32,000 nt of DNA from Candidatus Saccharimonadota bacterium (lineage in GTDB: Bacteria > Patescibacteriota > Saccharimonadia > Saccharimonadales > Saccharimonadaceae). The DNA is taken from positions 30,001 to 62,000 of the forward strand of contig CP064995.1 in assembly GCA_016700015.1 (NCBI GenBank), read 5' to 3'. The notes under the pieces are model-generated. The model worked only from the letters and a program-made list of their open reading frames with translations. It did not search any database and was not told the origin of the DNA. This document shows positions 18,226 to 26,829 of the stretch, one piece after another. Position 1 is the stretch's first letter. Every line of letters begins with the position of its first letter. The position numbers and the translations under genes were made by a program.

Positions 18226-19332
18226 ATGAGTGATAAACGTGATTATTATGAAGTGCTTGGTGTTAGTAAAAGCGCCAGTGATGATGAGATAAAAAAAGCT
18301 TTTCGTAAGCTTGCCGTCCAGCATCACCCTGACAAAGAAGGTGGTGATGAAACAAGGTTTAAAGAAATTAACGAAGCCTACGAAGTGCTAAAAGACAAGC
18401 AAAAGCGACAAAGGTACGATCAGTTTGGTCATGCCGGCGTCGGTGGTGCGAGTGGTTCTGGCGCTGGCGGCAATCCGTTCGAAGGTTTTAATTTTAATGG
18501 GCAGGACATTCATTTTGATTTTGGCGGCGCAGGTGGGTTTGGTGATTTGTTTGGCCAGTTTTTTGGTGGTGCCTCAGGGCAGCGCCAAGGCCCAAAACGT
18601 GGTCGCGATGTTGAAGTGCGAGTGGTGCTGACATTTGAAGAAGCGGTATTTGGGAAAAATGAGATGCTCAGCATGACGCTTGACGATGAGTGCACGCACT
18701 GTAAGGGTAGCACAGTTGAGCCCGGTCACAGTATGAAAACCTGTGAAACCTGCAAGGGAGCGGGCCAGCAAGTCAGGGTCATGAATACGATGTTTGGCGC
18801 TATCCAGCAGGCAGTTACTTGTGAAGCATGTCATGGTAAGGGTAAAGTACCCGAAAAAGCTTGCACACGCTGCAAAGGAAATGGTACCGAGCGTCGCGAA
18901 CAGAAGGTGACGGTGAAAATACCGGCTGGGGTTGATGATGGTGTGACCATTCGCCTCAGGGAGCATGGCGAAGCAATTGGTGGTGGTACTAAGGGTGACC
19001 TGTATGTCCATATTCGGGTTAAGGCGCACAAAAAATTTACTCGCGAAGGCGACCTCATACTTAGCGAAGAACACATCAGTATGGTTGACGCGGCGCTTGG
19101 TTGTGAAGTCGATGTTGAAACAGTCGACGGGACGGTTACTATGAAAGTTCCGGCTGGCACCCAAAGCGGCACTGACTTCAAATTAAGTGGGCATGGTGTT
19201 CCACACCTGCGTGCGACGTCGCGTGGTGCGCATATCGTGAGTATCGTCGTCGATACACCCACGAAGCTTAGCAAAAAACAGCGTGAACTACTTGAGTCAT
19301 TCGATTCGGCTAAGGGCGGTTTCTTCTCGTAG
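18226..19332 (+). CDS. dnaJ: Molecular chaperone DnaJ (Hsp40, type I)
   Basis: J domain [34 protein letters not shown]-rich linker, four CxxCxGxG zinc-finger repeats, C-terminal substrate-binding domains. Two long antisense ORFs are shadows. Confidence 0.97.
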   Translation: MSDKRDYYEVLGVSKSASDDEIKKAFRKLAVQHHPDKEGGDETRFKEINEAYEVLKDKQKRQRYDQFGHAGVGGASGSGAGGNPFEGFNFNGQDIHFDFGGAGGFGDLFGQFFGGASGQRQGPKRGRDVEVRVVLTFEEAVFGKNEMLSMTLDDECTHCKGSTVEPGHSMKTCETCKGAGQQVRVMNTMFGAIQQAVTCEACHGKGKVPEKACTRCKGNGTERREQKVTVKIPAGVDDGVTIRLREHGEAIGGGTKGDLYVHIRVKAHKKFTREGDLILSEEHISMVDAALGCEVDVETVDGTVTMKVPAGTQSGTDFKLSGHGVPHLRATSRGAHIVSIVVDTPTKLSKKQRELLESFDSAKGGFFS

Positions 19333-19411
19333 GATTTTATCCAGATGTTATACTAAAGTAAGATGCAATCGATCTTATAAACATCAATAACACCAATAAC
19401 TTTTTGACACC

Positions 19412-20737
19412 ATGCACGAAACTCAGCAATCCTCACAGCGACTCGCTCTACTAAAACCCAATATTATTGCTGCGGTTGTACCATCGAATATGACCGAGCA
19501 AAAGCAGGCGTTTATGCTGGGTAAAGTACGGAATCCACGTCATAATTACTCAAAACTTGATCGAAACTATCGTAAGGGTTTGAGGGCAATAGTAGCGGTT
19601 GGTGAGCGCGCAATTTCCTCTCTTGGTGTCCGGCGTCCTCGTCTTGAAGCAATGTATGAAGATACCATTGAGGATTATGTCGAGACTAATGAATTGATGT
19701 ACTTCATGGATCAATATCGCAGAACAACTGATCCTGCGGCACGTCTTTTCTACCGCCAAGAGATTGTGCGACTCAACGCGGAGTTGTACGGTACGCCAAA
19801 ACTCGCAGACTACCATCACGTGCTAGCACACTATACAGCGGATATACCGGTAGGACGGTTACGAGGCAAGGGTGCGGCAGTTTACGCCGAGCTTGCTGGT
19901 AGTTTTTCGCTCCTAGAGAGCGTAGAACGGGCACCATCGTACGCACCGGACCCAAAAACGCTTGCCTGGATGGGTCGAGTGGTTACGGAGCTTTATGGCG
20001 GGATGCTTGCTCATGTCGAAGACAATCGGCAGTACGCACCGGTCGAACTGCAGCAACTATTTCGTACTGTGATTCACGAAGAATTTGGCGGTGAGATTGC
20101 CGAAGAATGGCGTGTCGATCTCGAACCCGCCGCCGCGATTACCGTCGATACAGTTAATAGACGAATAATTATACCGATTGATCGGCAGCCTGTAAGTAGT
20201 GAGAAGGCCAAAGACCTGGTGGTGCATGAAATAGGTGTCCATATGCTGCGGTCTGTAAATGGCTATGAAACCGATATTCCACTGCTTGCGACCGGGCTTA
20301 GCCGATATGCTGATTCAGAGGAAGGTCTCGCCGTTATTATTGAACAAGCGCGTAAGGGGAAGTTTGTTGAGATGGGTCATGCAAGTTACTTGGCGGCATC
20401 TCTTGCCTATTTTGAGGGCAAAGACTTCCGCGGCACCTTTGAAGTAATGTGGCGTGTCTTAGCGCTAAAACGCATGGGTGACGGGCCGGACTTGACGGAA
20501 GAAATGATAGTAAAGGCAAAAAATACAGCTTATGCACTCTGTATGCGTACGTTTCGAGGTACCGACGACATCCCTTGGTTTAAAGATCTGCAATACTATA
20601 ATGGGGCGATAGCCGTTTGGAAACATCTGGATGCAATTTGTGGCGATACCGATAAGTTTCAGCTGATGATGATGGGTAAAACAAGGATTGATGATCCCGC
20701 GCAGGATCGCATCGTGCTAGAAGCAGGGTCGAACTAG
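19412..20737 (+). CDS. DUF1704 / QEGLA-motif family putative metallo-carboxypeptidase (MATCAP-like)
   Basis: HEIGVH (HExxxH), followed about 30 aa later by SEEGLAVIIEQ (QEGLA-like). N-terminal LKPNII...EQKQAF....NPRHNY block. 441 aa. No SD; start uncertain. Confidence 0.8.
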   Translation: MHETQQSSQRLALLKPNIIAAVVPSNMTEQKQAFMLGKVRNPRHNYSKLDRNYRKGLRAIVAVGERAISSLGVRRPRLEAMYEDTIEDYVETNELMYFMDQYRRTTDPAARLFYRQEIVRLNAELYGTPKLADYHHVLAHYTADIPVGRLRGKGAAVYAELAGSFSLLESVERAPSYAPDPKTLAWMGRVVTELYGGMLAHVEDNRQYAPVELQQLFRTVIHEEFGGEIAEEWRVDLEPAAAITVDTVNRRIIIPIDRQPVSSEKAKDLVVHEIGVHMLRSVNGYETDIPLLATGLSRYADSEEGLAVIIEQARKGKFVEMGHASYLAASLAYFEGKDFRGTFEVMWRVLALKRMGDGPDLTEEMIVKAKNTAYALCMRTFRGTDDIPWFKDLQYYNGAIAVWKHLDAICGDTDKFQLMMMGKTRIDDPAQDRIVLEAGSN

Positions 20738-20751
20738 CGTACAATAGCACT

Positions 20752-21261
20752 ATGATTGTTCGACAAGCAACTGAGGACGATATCGATGACCTGTTCCGTC
20801 TTTCGTGCCTCGTTCATCACCAGCCACCGTATGACATGCTTATCCCTGCGCACGAGCGAGAACGATTTTTGGCCGCCTTTCAGCTCGGCTCTTCGTTTGA
20901 GCAGACATTCAAAACAAAGCTGATGCGACTGATCAGCTCGCCAAATGGTCACGTATTTATTGCCGACGTTGATGGGGAGATAGCCGGATATCGGGCAGCG
21001 GAAGTTGGTCCAAATTCACTTGAGCTGCACGGATTATTCGTTGATGAGCGTTTCCGCGGTCACGGGATTGGCAAGGCACTTTTTACAGCCCCGATCCATC
21101 TTGCACCGCGTGGAGGTGTAATACGGCTTACGGTACTTGCTGGTAATACGGTAGCGCAGGCACTGTACGAATCACTCGGGTTTAAGGTGGTGGGTTCTGC
21201 CGAAAAGACCTTCTACGGCGCAGAGCAACTGAACATGCAAAAACAAAGCACAACCAATTGA
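20752..21261 (+). CDS. GNAT family N-acetyltransferase
   Basis: Acetyl-CoA motif A: LHGLFVDERFRGHGIGKALF. C-terminal AQALYESLGFKVVG. 169 aa. TACAAT at 20740-20745 lies 6 nt before the ATG. Confidence 0.85.
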   Translation: MIVRQATEDDIDDLFRLSCLVHHQPPYDMLIPAHERERFLAAFQLGSSFEQTFKTKLMRLISSPNGHVFIADVDGEIAGYRAAEVGPNSLELHGLFVDERFRGHGIGKALFTAPIHLAPRGGVIRLTVLAGNTVAQALYESLGFKVVGSAEKTFYGAEQLNMQKQSTTN

Positions 21262-21350
21262 CAAAACAAGTATAAAATGATACAATTTTACCAATAGTAA
21301 TAAACGACCCTATTGTTTAGGGTAATTGGCTGCGCCAAAGGAATAACTGC

Positions 21351-22346
21351 ATGCTTGCTCATGATGATCCCGCTGCGACTTATCGGCTCCTTGAGAGAGA
21401 ATTTACCGCACGCGGATACACCACGCGTGTATTTTACTTGGGTGCAAGCGAGGTGTTTGAAGCGGTGAGTCCAAAAGGTCGACGCTGGGTCACGCCGATT
21501 GCACACATGAGCTATCCAATGCAGTCAGCCTTCACCAAAGAAGTATCGATTCACAAGGATCTGGCGTACGAACTAATGAAAAATGTCGGCGTACCCGTGC
21601 CGTTTACCCAGGTGATTCGTGCTGGTGTCGAATTAAGCCTCAACGAAGCGGCGACACTACTTCAGCAGCAGCCACGGCTTATCGTAAAGCCAGCTGATAG
21701 TTCACTGTCACGAGGTCTGACACTTGGTATAACTGATGCGCCAGCGCTTGTCGAAGCGATTACCTTAGCTAGGCAGTTCGCCAGGAATGGTGATGTTATC
21801 GTTCAGCAACAGGTGTCCGGCGAAGAGCTACGGTTTGTATATAGTGACGGAAACATCGTAGCGGCCTTGCTACGCGAAACGGCCAAACTTACCGGCGATG
21901 GTGTGCATAGTATTCAGCAACTTCTCGACAAAGAAAATACTCAGCGCGCCGAGATAAAAGATTCGCTCGTGACTTACCCCCAGTTGAGCGATGACCTGAT
22001 ACAACCAGGAATTGATTATATGAAGGTACCGGCAAATGGTGAAACTATCGAGCTCAGTTGTTCGACGATGATCCGAGGCGGAGCATCGATTTACAACGTG
22101 ATTGCGACTATTGACCCAAGCTACTGCGACCTAGCGCGGCGGGCTGCCGAGGCATTAGGCACAGGCTTTATAGTCATCGATATGATGATTAAAAATTACA
22201 AGCAGCCGTTTGATGGAACCAATGCATTTTTCAATGAATTCAATACTGCGCCCGTACTCAAACTTTGCTATAGCTGCCGCGACGGCAACCAGCTTGACAT
22301 CGTACCGCTGCTCGTAGATGCTATAGACAAGAGGATTCACCTATGA
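21351..22346 (+). CDS. ATP-grasp ligase, cyanophycin-synthetase-G-domain-like
   Basis: DLAYELMKNVGVPVP, LIVKPADSSLSRGLTLGI, VIVQQQVSGEELRFVY, RETAKLTGDGVHSIQQLLDKEN and FIVIDMM...NEFNTAPVL follow the ATP-grasp block order. The stop overlaps the next start (ATGA). Confidence 0.8.
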   Translation: MLAHDDPAATYRLLEREFTARGYTTRVFYLGASEVFEAVSPKGRRWVTPIAHMSYPMQSAFTKEVSIHKDLAYELMKNVGVPVPFTQVIRAGVELSLNEAATLLQQQPRLIVKPADSSLSRGLTLGITDAPALVEAITLARQFARNGDVIVQQQVSGEELRFVYSDGNIVAALLRETAKLTGDGVHSIQQLLDKENTQRAEIKDSLVTYPQLSDDLIQPGIDYMKVPANGETIELSCSTMIRGGASIYNVIATIDPSYCDLARRAAEALGTGFIVIDMMIKNYKQPFDGTNAFFNEFNTAPVLKLCYSCRDGNQLDIVPLLVDAIDKRIHL

Positions 22347-22777
22347 CAAAACAACGCACTATTGGCTGTCTTGAACGTGTAGATTTTCCCGCATTTGGGA
22401 TAGTTGGCTCATGGGCGAAAGTCGATACCGGTGCGTATTCCGGTGCGCTGCACTGTACCAATATTAAAGTTGTTCGGCGCACCGCAAATGGTGAGCGGGT
22501 TCTAAAATTTTCGCCACTCGGCCAGGCTCCACAGGAAACAACGGAATTTATGAGCACCTATGTTCGCTCGGCCACCGGCCATCGTGTACGCAGGCATGTG
22601 ATCGACACCCAGATCTGCATCGGCGGCAAAGAATATCCTGTGCGCATTGGACTGTCCGACCGTTCAGATATGAAGCGTCCAGTCCTGCTCGGACGGCGAT
22701 TCTTACGTGAGAATAGCATGCTTGTCGATGTATGCATTAACCAAGAATTTGATGACGAAGGAGAAGGCACAAAATGA
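22343..22777 (+). CDS. RimB-like retropepsin-fold protease (PF05618, 'ATP-dependent zinc protease' family)
   Basis: IGCLERVDFPAFGI..WAKVDTGAYSGALHC ... PVLLGRRFL pattern of the RimK-associated protease family. ATGA overlaps with both neighbours. Confidence 0.75.
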   Translation: MTKQRTIGCLERVDFPAFGIVGSWAKVDTGAYSGALHCTNIKVVRRTANGERVLKFSPLGQAPQETTEFMSTYVRSATGHRVRRHVIDTQICIGGKEYPVRIGLSDRSDMKRPVLLGRRFLRENSMLVDVCINQEFDDEGEGTK

Positions 22778-23685
22778 AATTAGCGATCCTCAGCAATGGT
22801 ACCGCGAATTATTCTACTAAACGACTCAAAGAAGTCGCTGTGGCTCGTGGCCATGAAGTGAAAGTCATCAAGTACCGCGAATGTTACGCGAGTATTGAAA
22901 AAAATAATCCGACGGTAAGCTACCGTGGCGAAGACCTTGCCAGGTACGATGCGGTGATCCCGCGTATTGCCAGCCACATGACCAAATATGGCACGGCTAT
23001 CGTTCGCCAAATGGAAATGCAGGGCGTATACACCGTCAGCAGCTCAATCGCAATTAATCGCTCGCGCGATAAGTTGCGCAGTCTGCAGCTACTTGCAAAA
23101 GCTGGTGTCGGCATTCCTAAAACGGTATTTAGTCGTAACTCGACTGACATTGATGACCTTATCGAAAAACTTGGCGGTACACCAGTGATTATCAAGCTAG
23201 CGCGAGGTACTCACGGTAATGGTGTAGTGCTAGCCGAAAGCAAAAAAGCCGCTAAATCAGTACTGCAGGCATTTTACCTTTCAAATGAAGAAGGCACCAA
23301 CGTGCTGCTACAGGAATTTATAAAGGAATCGGCTGGTACCGACATCCGTGTGTTTGTGGTGGGGGGTAGGGTAGTTGCTAGTATGAAGCGCCAGAGCCTC
23401 GACGATGATTTTCGTAGCAACTTGCATAAAGGTGGCGAAGGTGCCACGGTTAAGCTAACTGAAGAAGAGCGCAAAATGGCCATTAAAGCAGCCAAAGCGA
23501 TGGGGCTCAATATTGCCGGTGTCGACCTGATGCGTAGTGACCGCGGCCCACTAATTCTGGAAGTCAATGCCAGTCCTGGGTTCGGTATCGAAAAAGTAAC
23601 AGGACGTGACGTGGCAACTCCAATCATTGAATATGTTGAACAAAACGCCAAGCGTGGTCACAAAAAAGACAAAGTCGGTGCCTAG
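22774..23685 (+). CDS. rimK: Ribosomal protein S6--L-glutamate ligase RimK (ATP-grasp)
   Basis: MKLAILS....YSTKRL.E.A..RGHEV start, SIAINRSRDKLRSLQLLAKAGVGIPKT, PVIIKLARGTHGNGVVLAE, DIRVFVVGGRVVASMKRQ, ILEVNASPG. Confidence 0.92.
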   Translation: MKLAILSNGTANYSTKRLKEVAVARGHEVKVIKYRECYASIEKNNPTVSYRGEDLARYDAVIPRIASHMTKYGTAIVRQMEMQGVYTVSSSIAINRSRDKLRSLQLLAKAGVGIPKTVFSRNSTDIDDLIEKLGGTPVIIKLARGTHGNGVVLAESKKAAKSVLQAFYLSNEEGTNVLLQEFIKESAGTDIRVFVVGGRVVASMKRQSLDDDFRSNLHKGGEGATVKLTEEERKMAIKAAKAMGLNIAGVDLMRSDRGPLILEVNASPGFGIEKVTGRDVATPIIEYVEQNAKRGHKKDKVGA

Positions 23686-23700
23686 TAGTATACTGTAGGC

Positions 23701-24183
23701 ATGACCTTTTTGATCATGCTCGGTATCTATCTGGCTATACTTTTTGTTGTCGGATTTTTTAGCCGCAAAAGTATGGGCGTGCCGGCTCTGGCACTTGCCG
23801 CCGGTGCGGTGCTTGCTAAGCTGTGGACCGATAGCCTAACACCACTGATCGCTGGTACCGGCGTGATTATTGTACGTCCGCCGCTCAGTAGCATTGTTGC
23901 CATAGCCCTTACGCTCATACCGGCACTTATTCTCATGATTCGTGCGCCCAAAGCTACCCACCATCACCATAGTTGGTACTCGAGCCTCTTGTTTGCTGTG
24001 CTTGCAGCCATGCTCACCTACGGCGCCTTTGCCAACGCCGTGGTACTCGACGAAGCAAGCAAGCAGTATGTAGTGCAGCTGCTAGCCTACGACAAATACA
24101 TCATCACGGCCGGTATAGTGCTGGCTTTGTTTGACATCATGTTCTATAAAAAACCACTACCACGCGATCATCACAAGAAGTAA
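23701..24183 (+). CDS. Small integral membrane protein (about 4 TM, hypothetical)
   Basis: Hydrophobic segments throughout, KATHHHHSW loop. TATACT at 23689-23694 lies 6 nt before the ATG. A terminator follows. Confidence 0.7.
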   Translation: MTFLIMLGIYLAILFVVGFFSRKSMGVPALALAAGAVLAKLWTDSLTPLIAGTGVIIVRPPLSSIVAIALTLIPALILMIRAPKATHHHHSWYSSLLFAVLAAMLTYGAFANAVVLDEASKQYVVQLLAYDKYIITAGIVLALFDIMFYKKPLPRDHHKK

Positions 24184-24189
24184 GTATTG

Positions 24190-24231
24190 CCAAGTAAAAC
24201 GTCCATCTGAAAGGATGGACGTTTTACTTGG
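24190..24231. terminator. Bidirectional terminator hairpin between the membrane-protein gene and tRNA-Lys
   Basis: 18-bp perfect stem CCAAGTAAAACGTCCATC / GATGGACGTTTTACTTGG with a 6-nt loop. T-runs are present on both strands. Confidence 0.75.
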
Positions 24232-24305
24232 AGGGCCCACCGAGGCTTGAACTCGGGACACCCTGCTTAAAAGGCAGGTGCTCTAACCGGCTGAGCTATG
24301 GGCCC
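24229..24305 (-). tRNA. tRNA-Lys (anticodon UUU), CCA encoded
   Basis: Reverse complement: GGGCCCA TA GCTC AGCCGGTTA GAGC A CCTGC CTTTTAA GCAGG GTGTC CCGAG TTCAAGC CTCGG TGGGCCC T CCA. It forms a full cloverleaf with a 7-bp acceptor stem. 77 nt. Confidence 0.95.
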
Positions 24306-24352
24306 GTATTTACGGGAACTGGGTAACGAAAGGTACATCATGTGGTGTATAG

Positions 24353-24417
24353 CTGCCTTAAAAGGCAGGTGCTCGACTATTGATCAGGCTGAGCTATGGG
24401 CCCGCGCTAACGGGAAT
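24353..24417 (-). pseudogene. Partial tandem copy of the tRNA-Lys 5' half plus its 5' flank (pseudo-tRNA)
   Basis: Reverse complement: ...TTCCCGTTAGCGC GGGCCCATAGCTCAG-CCTGATCAATAGTC-GAGCACCTGCCTTTTAAGGCAG. The acceptor 5' strand, D stem and anticodon stem-loop are copied, with a D loop 7 nt longer (16 nt versus 9). No T arm or 3' acceptor strand follows. Confidence 0.55.
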
Positions 24418-24442
24418 ACTACAAAAATATACCACCTAAGGG

Positions 24443-25933
24443 GTGGATTTGTCAATTAAAGGTGGTACGATAAACCGCAGTATGTATTGGCTACGCATTA
24501 AGATTCACCCGACATGGTATTTTACTGCCAGCTGTATGGGTGTACTTGTTGGTATTACTGCTGCGCAGTGGTGGAATAGCTTTGCAGAAATCATTTGGCT
24601 CTTTGTCGGGCTGATATGCTGCGTGCTTGCCGGAGCGGCAGGTCGAAGATGGCTTCTTGCCGTAGCGGTACTTGGTGGCGGACTAATTGGGCTATGGCGT
24701 GGTAGCATTGATCAGCAGGCACTGACCACCTACGCCCCACTCTATGGAAAACATGTTGAGCTAACGGGGAGAGTAGTCGACGATAGCGATACGAATAGCC
24801 GTGGCCAAACTACGCTTCGGCTCCAAAATGTGACAATGGAAGGGCATGGACTAGTGGGAAATGTTTGGGTGAGCACGCCGACGCCGCTTGCTGCTAACGT
24901 ACAGCGCAGTGACACGGTACGTGTAGACGGCAAATTACAGCTTGGGTTTGGTAGTTACCCTGCAAGTATGGTTGATACGAAGTTTCAATTAGTCGCTCGC
25001 GAACAGCCAGGCGACGTAGCGCTTACGGCGCGTAACGGATTTTCGCAAGCAGTAAGCACGGCGATTCATGAACCTGCGGCGAGCCTAGGGATTGGTTACT
25101 TACTCGGGCAAAAGCGCGGTTTGCCAGACGACCTGGCGACGGCGCTGCAAGTCGCCGGCCTAACACACATTGTTGTAGCGAGCGGTTATAATTTGACGAT
25201 TCTGGTGCGGCTTGGGCGACGTTTATTTGAAAAAATCTCCAAATACCTATCGGCACTTACTGGCATAGGGTTAATTGCCAGCTTTATTGCCATTACTGGG
25301 CTTAGTCCAAGCATGACCAGGGCTGGGCTTGTGGCAGGACTTGGGCTGTGGGCATGGTATTATGGTCGTAAGTTTCACCCTGTGACCCTGCTTAGCTTTG
25401 CGGCGGCCGTGACGGTGCTTTTCAATCCAAGTTATGCGTGGGGCAATGTCGGCTGGCAGCTGAGTTTTGCAGCATTTGCTGGCGTTATGATTGTTGCACC
25501 GCTGCTTACTGCTTACTTTTTTGGAACAGAGCGCCCGCCGAGTATTGTGCAAATTTTAGGCGAAACTTTTTCTGCGCAGATTGCCACCCTGCCGATTATT
25601 CTGTTTATTTTTGGCAAATTTAGCGCGATAGCAATTATTAGTAATTTGATCATTTTGCCATTTGTGCCGCTTGCAATGCTGCTTACTTTTATTGCTGGAC
25701 TGACGGCACTCGTGGTGCCGGCGTGGGCAACAATTGTTGGCTGGCCCGCACAGTTGCTACTTGATACCATGATTGCTGTCATTCGCTGGTGTGCTGATAT
25801 ACCATGGGCGCTTGTGGAGTGGCGATTGCCGCTTGCTGGCGTCATAGGCTGGTATGTGGCCTTGGTGCTCGCTTGCTGGCACATGCAGCGCGCCAGCGGC
25901 TACAAATTACGTAATGCCTCGATTGTCGAGTAG
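24443..25933 (+). CDS. comEC: ComEC/Rec2 family DNA internalisation channel protein (competence domain only, no metallo-beta-lactamase domain)
   Basis: N-terminal TM helices plus an OB-like DUF4131 region (VELTGRVVDD...VRVDGKLQ). Competence domain: LQVAGLTHIVVASGYNLTILV followed by multiple TM helices. GTG 24443 or ATG 24482 are possible starts. Confidence 0.88.
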   Translation: MDLSIKGGTINRSMYWLRIKIHPTWYFTASCMGVLVGITAAQWWNSFAEIIWLFVGLICCVLAGAAGRRWLLAVAVLGGGLIGLWRGSIDQQALTTYAPLYGKHVELTGRVVDDSDTNSRGQTTLRLQNVTMEGHGLVGNVWVSTPTPLAANVQRSDTVRVDGKLQLGFGSYPASMVDTKFQLVAREQPGDVALTARNGFSQAVSTAIHEPAASLGIGYLLGQKRGLPDDLATALQVAGLTHIVVASGYNLTILVRLGRRLFEKISKYLSALTGIGLIASFIAITGLSPSMTRAGLVAGLGLWAWYYGRKFHPVTLLSFAAAVTVLFNPSYAWGNVGWQLSFAAFAGVMIVAPLLTAYFFGTERPPSIVQILGETFSAQIATLPIILFIFGKFSAIAIISNLIILPFVPLAMLLTFIAGLTALVVPAWATIVGWPAQLLLDTMIAVIRWCADIPWALVEWRLPLAGVIGWYVALVLACWHMQRASGYKLRNASIVE

Positions 25934-25994
25934 AAATTGGTTTTCACCTCTGGTATACTAAGGGCAGATTGATTGACAAAAAATAGGAGTATGT

Positions 25995-26720
25995 ATGTCT
26001 GGACACAGTAAATGGGCGACGACCCATCGTCAGAAAGCGATTGTTGATGCCAAACGCGGCGCTGTATTCACAAAAATTGGTAACATGATTGCGATCGCGG
26101 CTCGGGGTGGCACCGACCCTGTCATAAACTCTAGCCTGGCACTTGCCATCGAAAAAGCTAAAGCCGCCAATATGCCAGCTGCAAACATTCAGCGGGCGAT
26201 TGACCGCGTAGCCGACAAAAACGCGGCGCAGCTCGAAGAAGCGACCTATGAAGCGTATGGGCCGGGCGGTGTTGCATTTATTATTGAAACGGCAACCGAC
26301 AACAAAAATCGCACGTACCCCGAAGTTCGTACGGCTATTACCAAAAATGGTGGCACGATGGCAGACGCCGGCAGTGTGATGTTCCAATTCACGCGCAAAG
26401 GCGTAATACGGCTCAACACGACAGACGAAGAAGTGTTACTGGCTGCACTCGATGCTGGTGCCGAAGACGTCCAAGAAGAAACGGGTGGACTAACCGTCTA
26501 TACCGACATGAAAGATCTCGCCAAGGTACGCAATACACTAGCGGCTGCTGGGTGCGCTATCGAAGATGCTGAGCTACAGTATGTACCAAACGCCTCTGTG
26601 CCGGTAGATAATCCAGAGACGGCACGAAAAGTTATGAAAGTAATGGATGCGCTCGATGAAGTCGATGATGTTGTGAATGTTCACACCAACGCCGATATTA
26701 CCGTTGAAGTTTCGGACTAA
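25995..26720 (+). CDS. yebC: YebC/PmpR family DNA-binding transcriptional regulator
   Basis: MSGHSKWATTHRQKAIVDAKRGAVFTKI is the family-defining N-terminus. TGnTATACT extended -10 at 25951-25959. SD TAGGAG. Confidence 0.95.
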   Translation: MSGHSKWATTHRQKAIVDAKRGAVFTKIGNMIAIAARGGTDPVINSSLALAIEKAKAANMPAANIQRAIDRVADKNAAQLEEATYEAYGPGGVAFIIETATDNKNRTYPEVRTAITKNGGTMADAGSVMFQFTRKGVIRLNTTDEEVLLAALDAGAEDVQEETGGLTVYTDMKDLAKVRNTLAAAGCAIEDAELQYVPNASVPVDNPETARKVMKVMDALDEVDDVVNVHTNADITVEVSD

Positions 26721-26829
26721 TCGACGATTTGCTGTAAAATTTACCAATCTATCATGCCTATGTTTGCACTGCCACATGACATAGGTGTATATGTAGGGTA
26801 ATTGCAACAATAATAGGGGAGCTGGGGGA

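Noticed and set aside
18574-19274. Two long antisense ORFs (196 aa and 147 aa) opposite dnaJ, and similar ones opposite the glycosidase-like gene (14009-14374, 14316-14729), dnaK, ftsH and comEC
   Set aside because: These are shadow ORFs inside strongly supported genes. Their composition is low-complexity or Cys/Arg-rich, and they have no independent start signals.
21318-21328. Identical 11-mer TAGGGTAATTG upstream of both the ATP-grasp gene (21318) and the LTD gene (26794), each 22-25 nt before the start codon
   Set aside because: Two occurrences of an 11-mer containing a -10-like GGTAAT/TAATTG are compatible with similar promoters or with chance. This is insufficient to call a regulatory motif without genome-wide enrichment.
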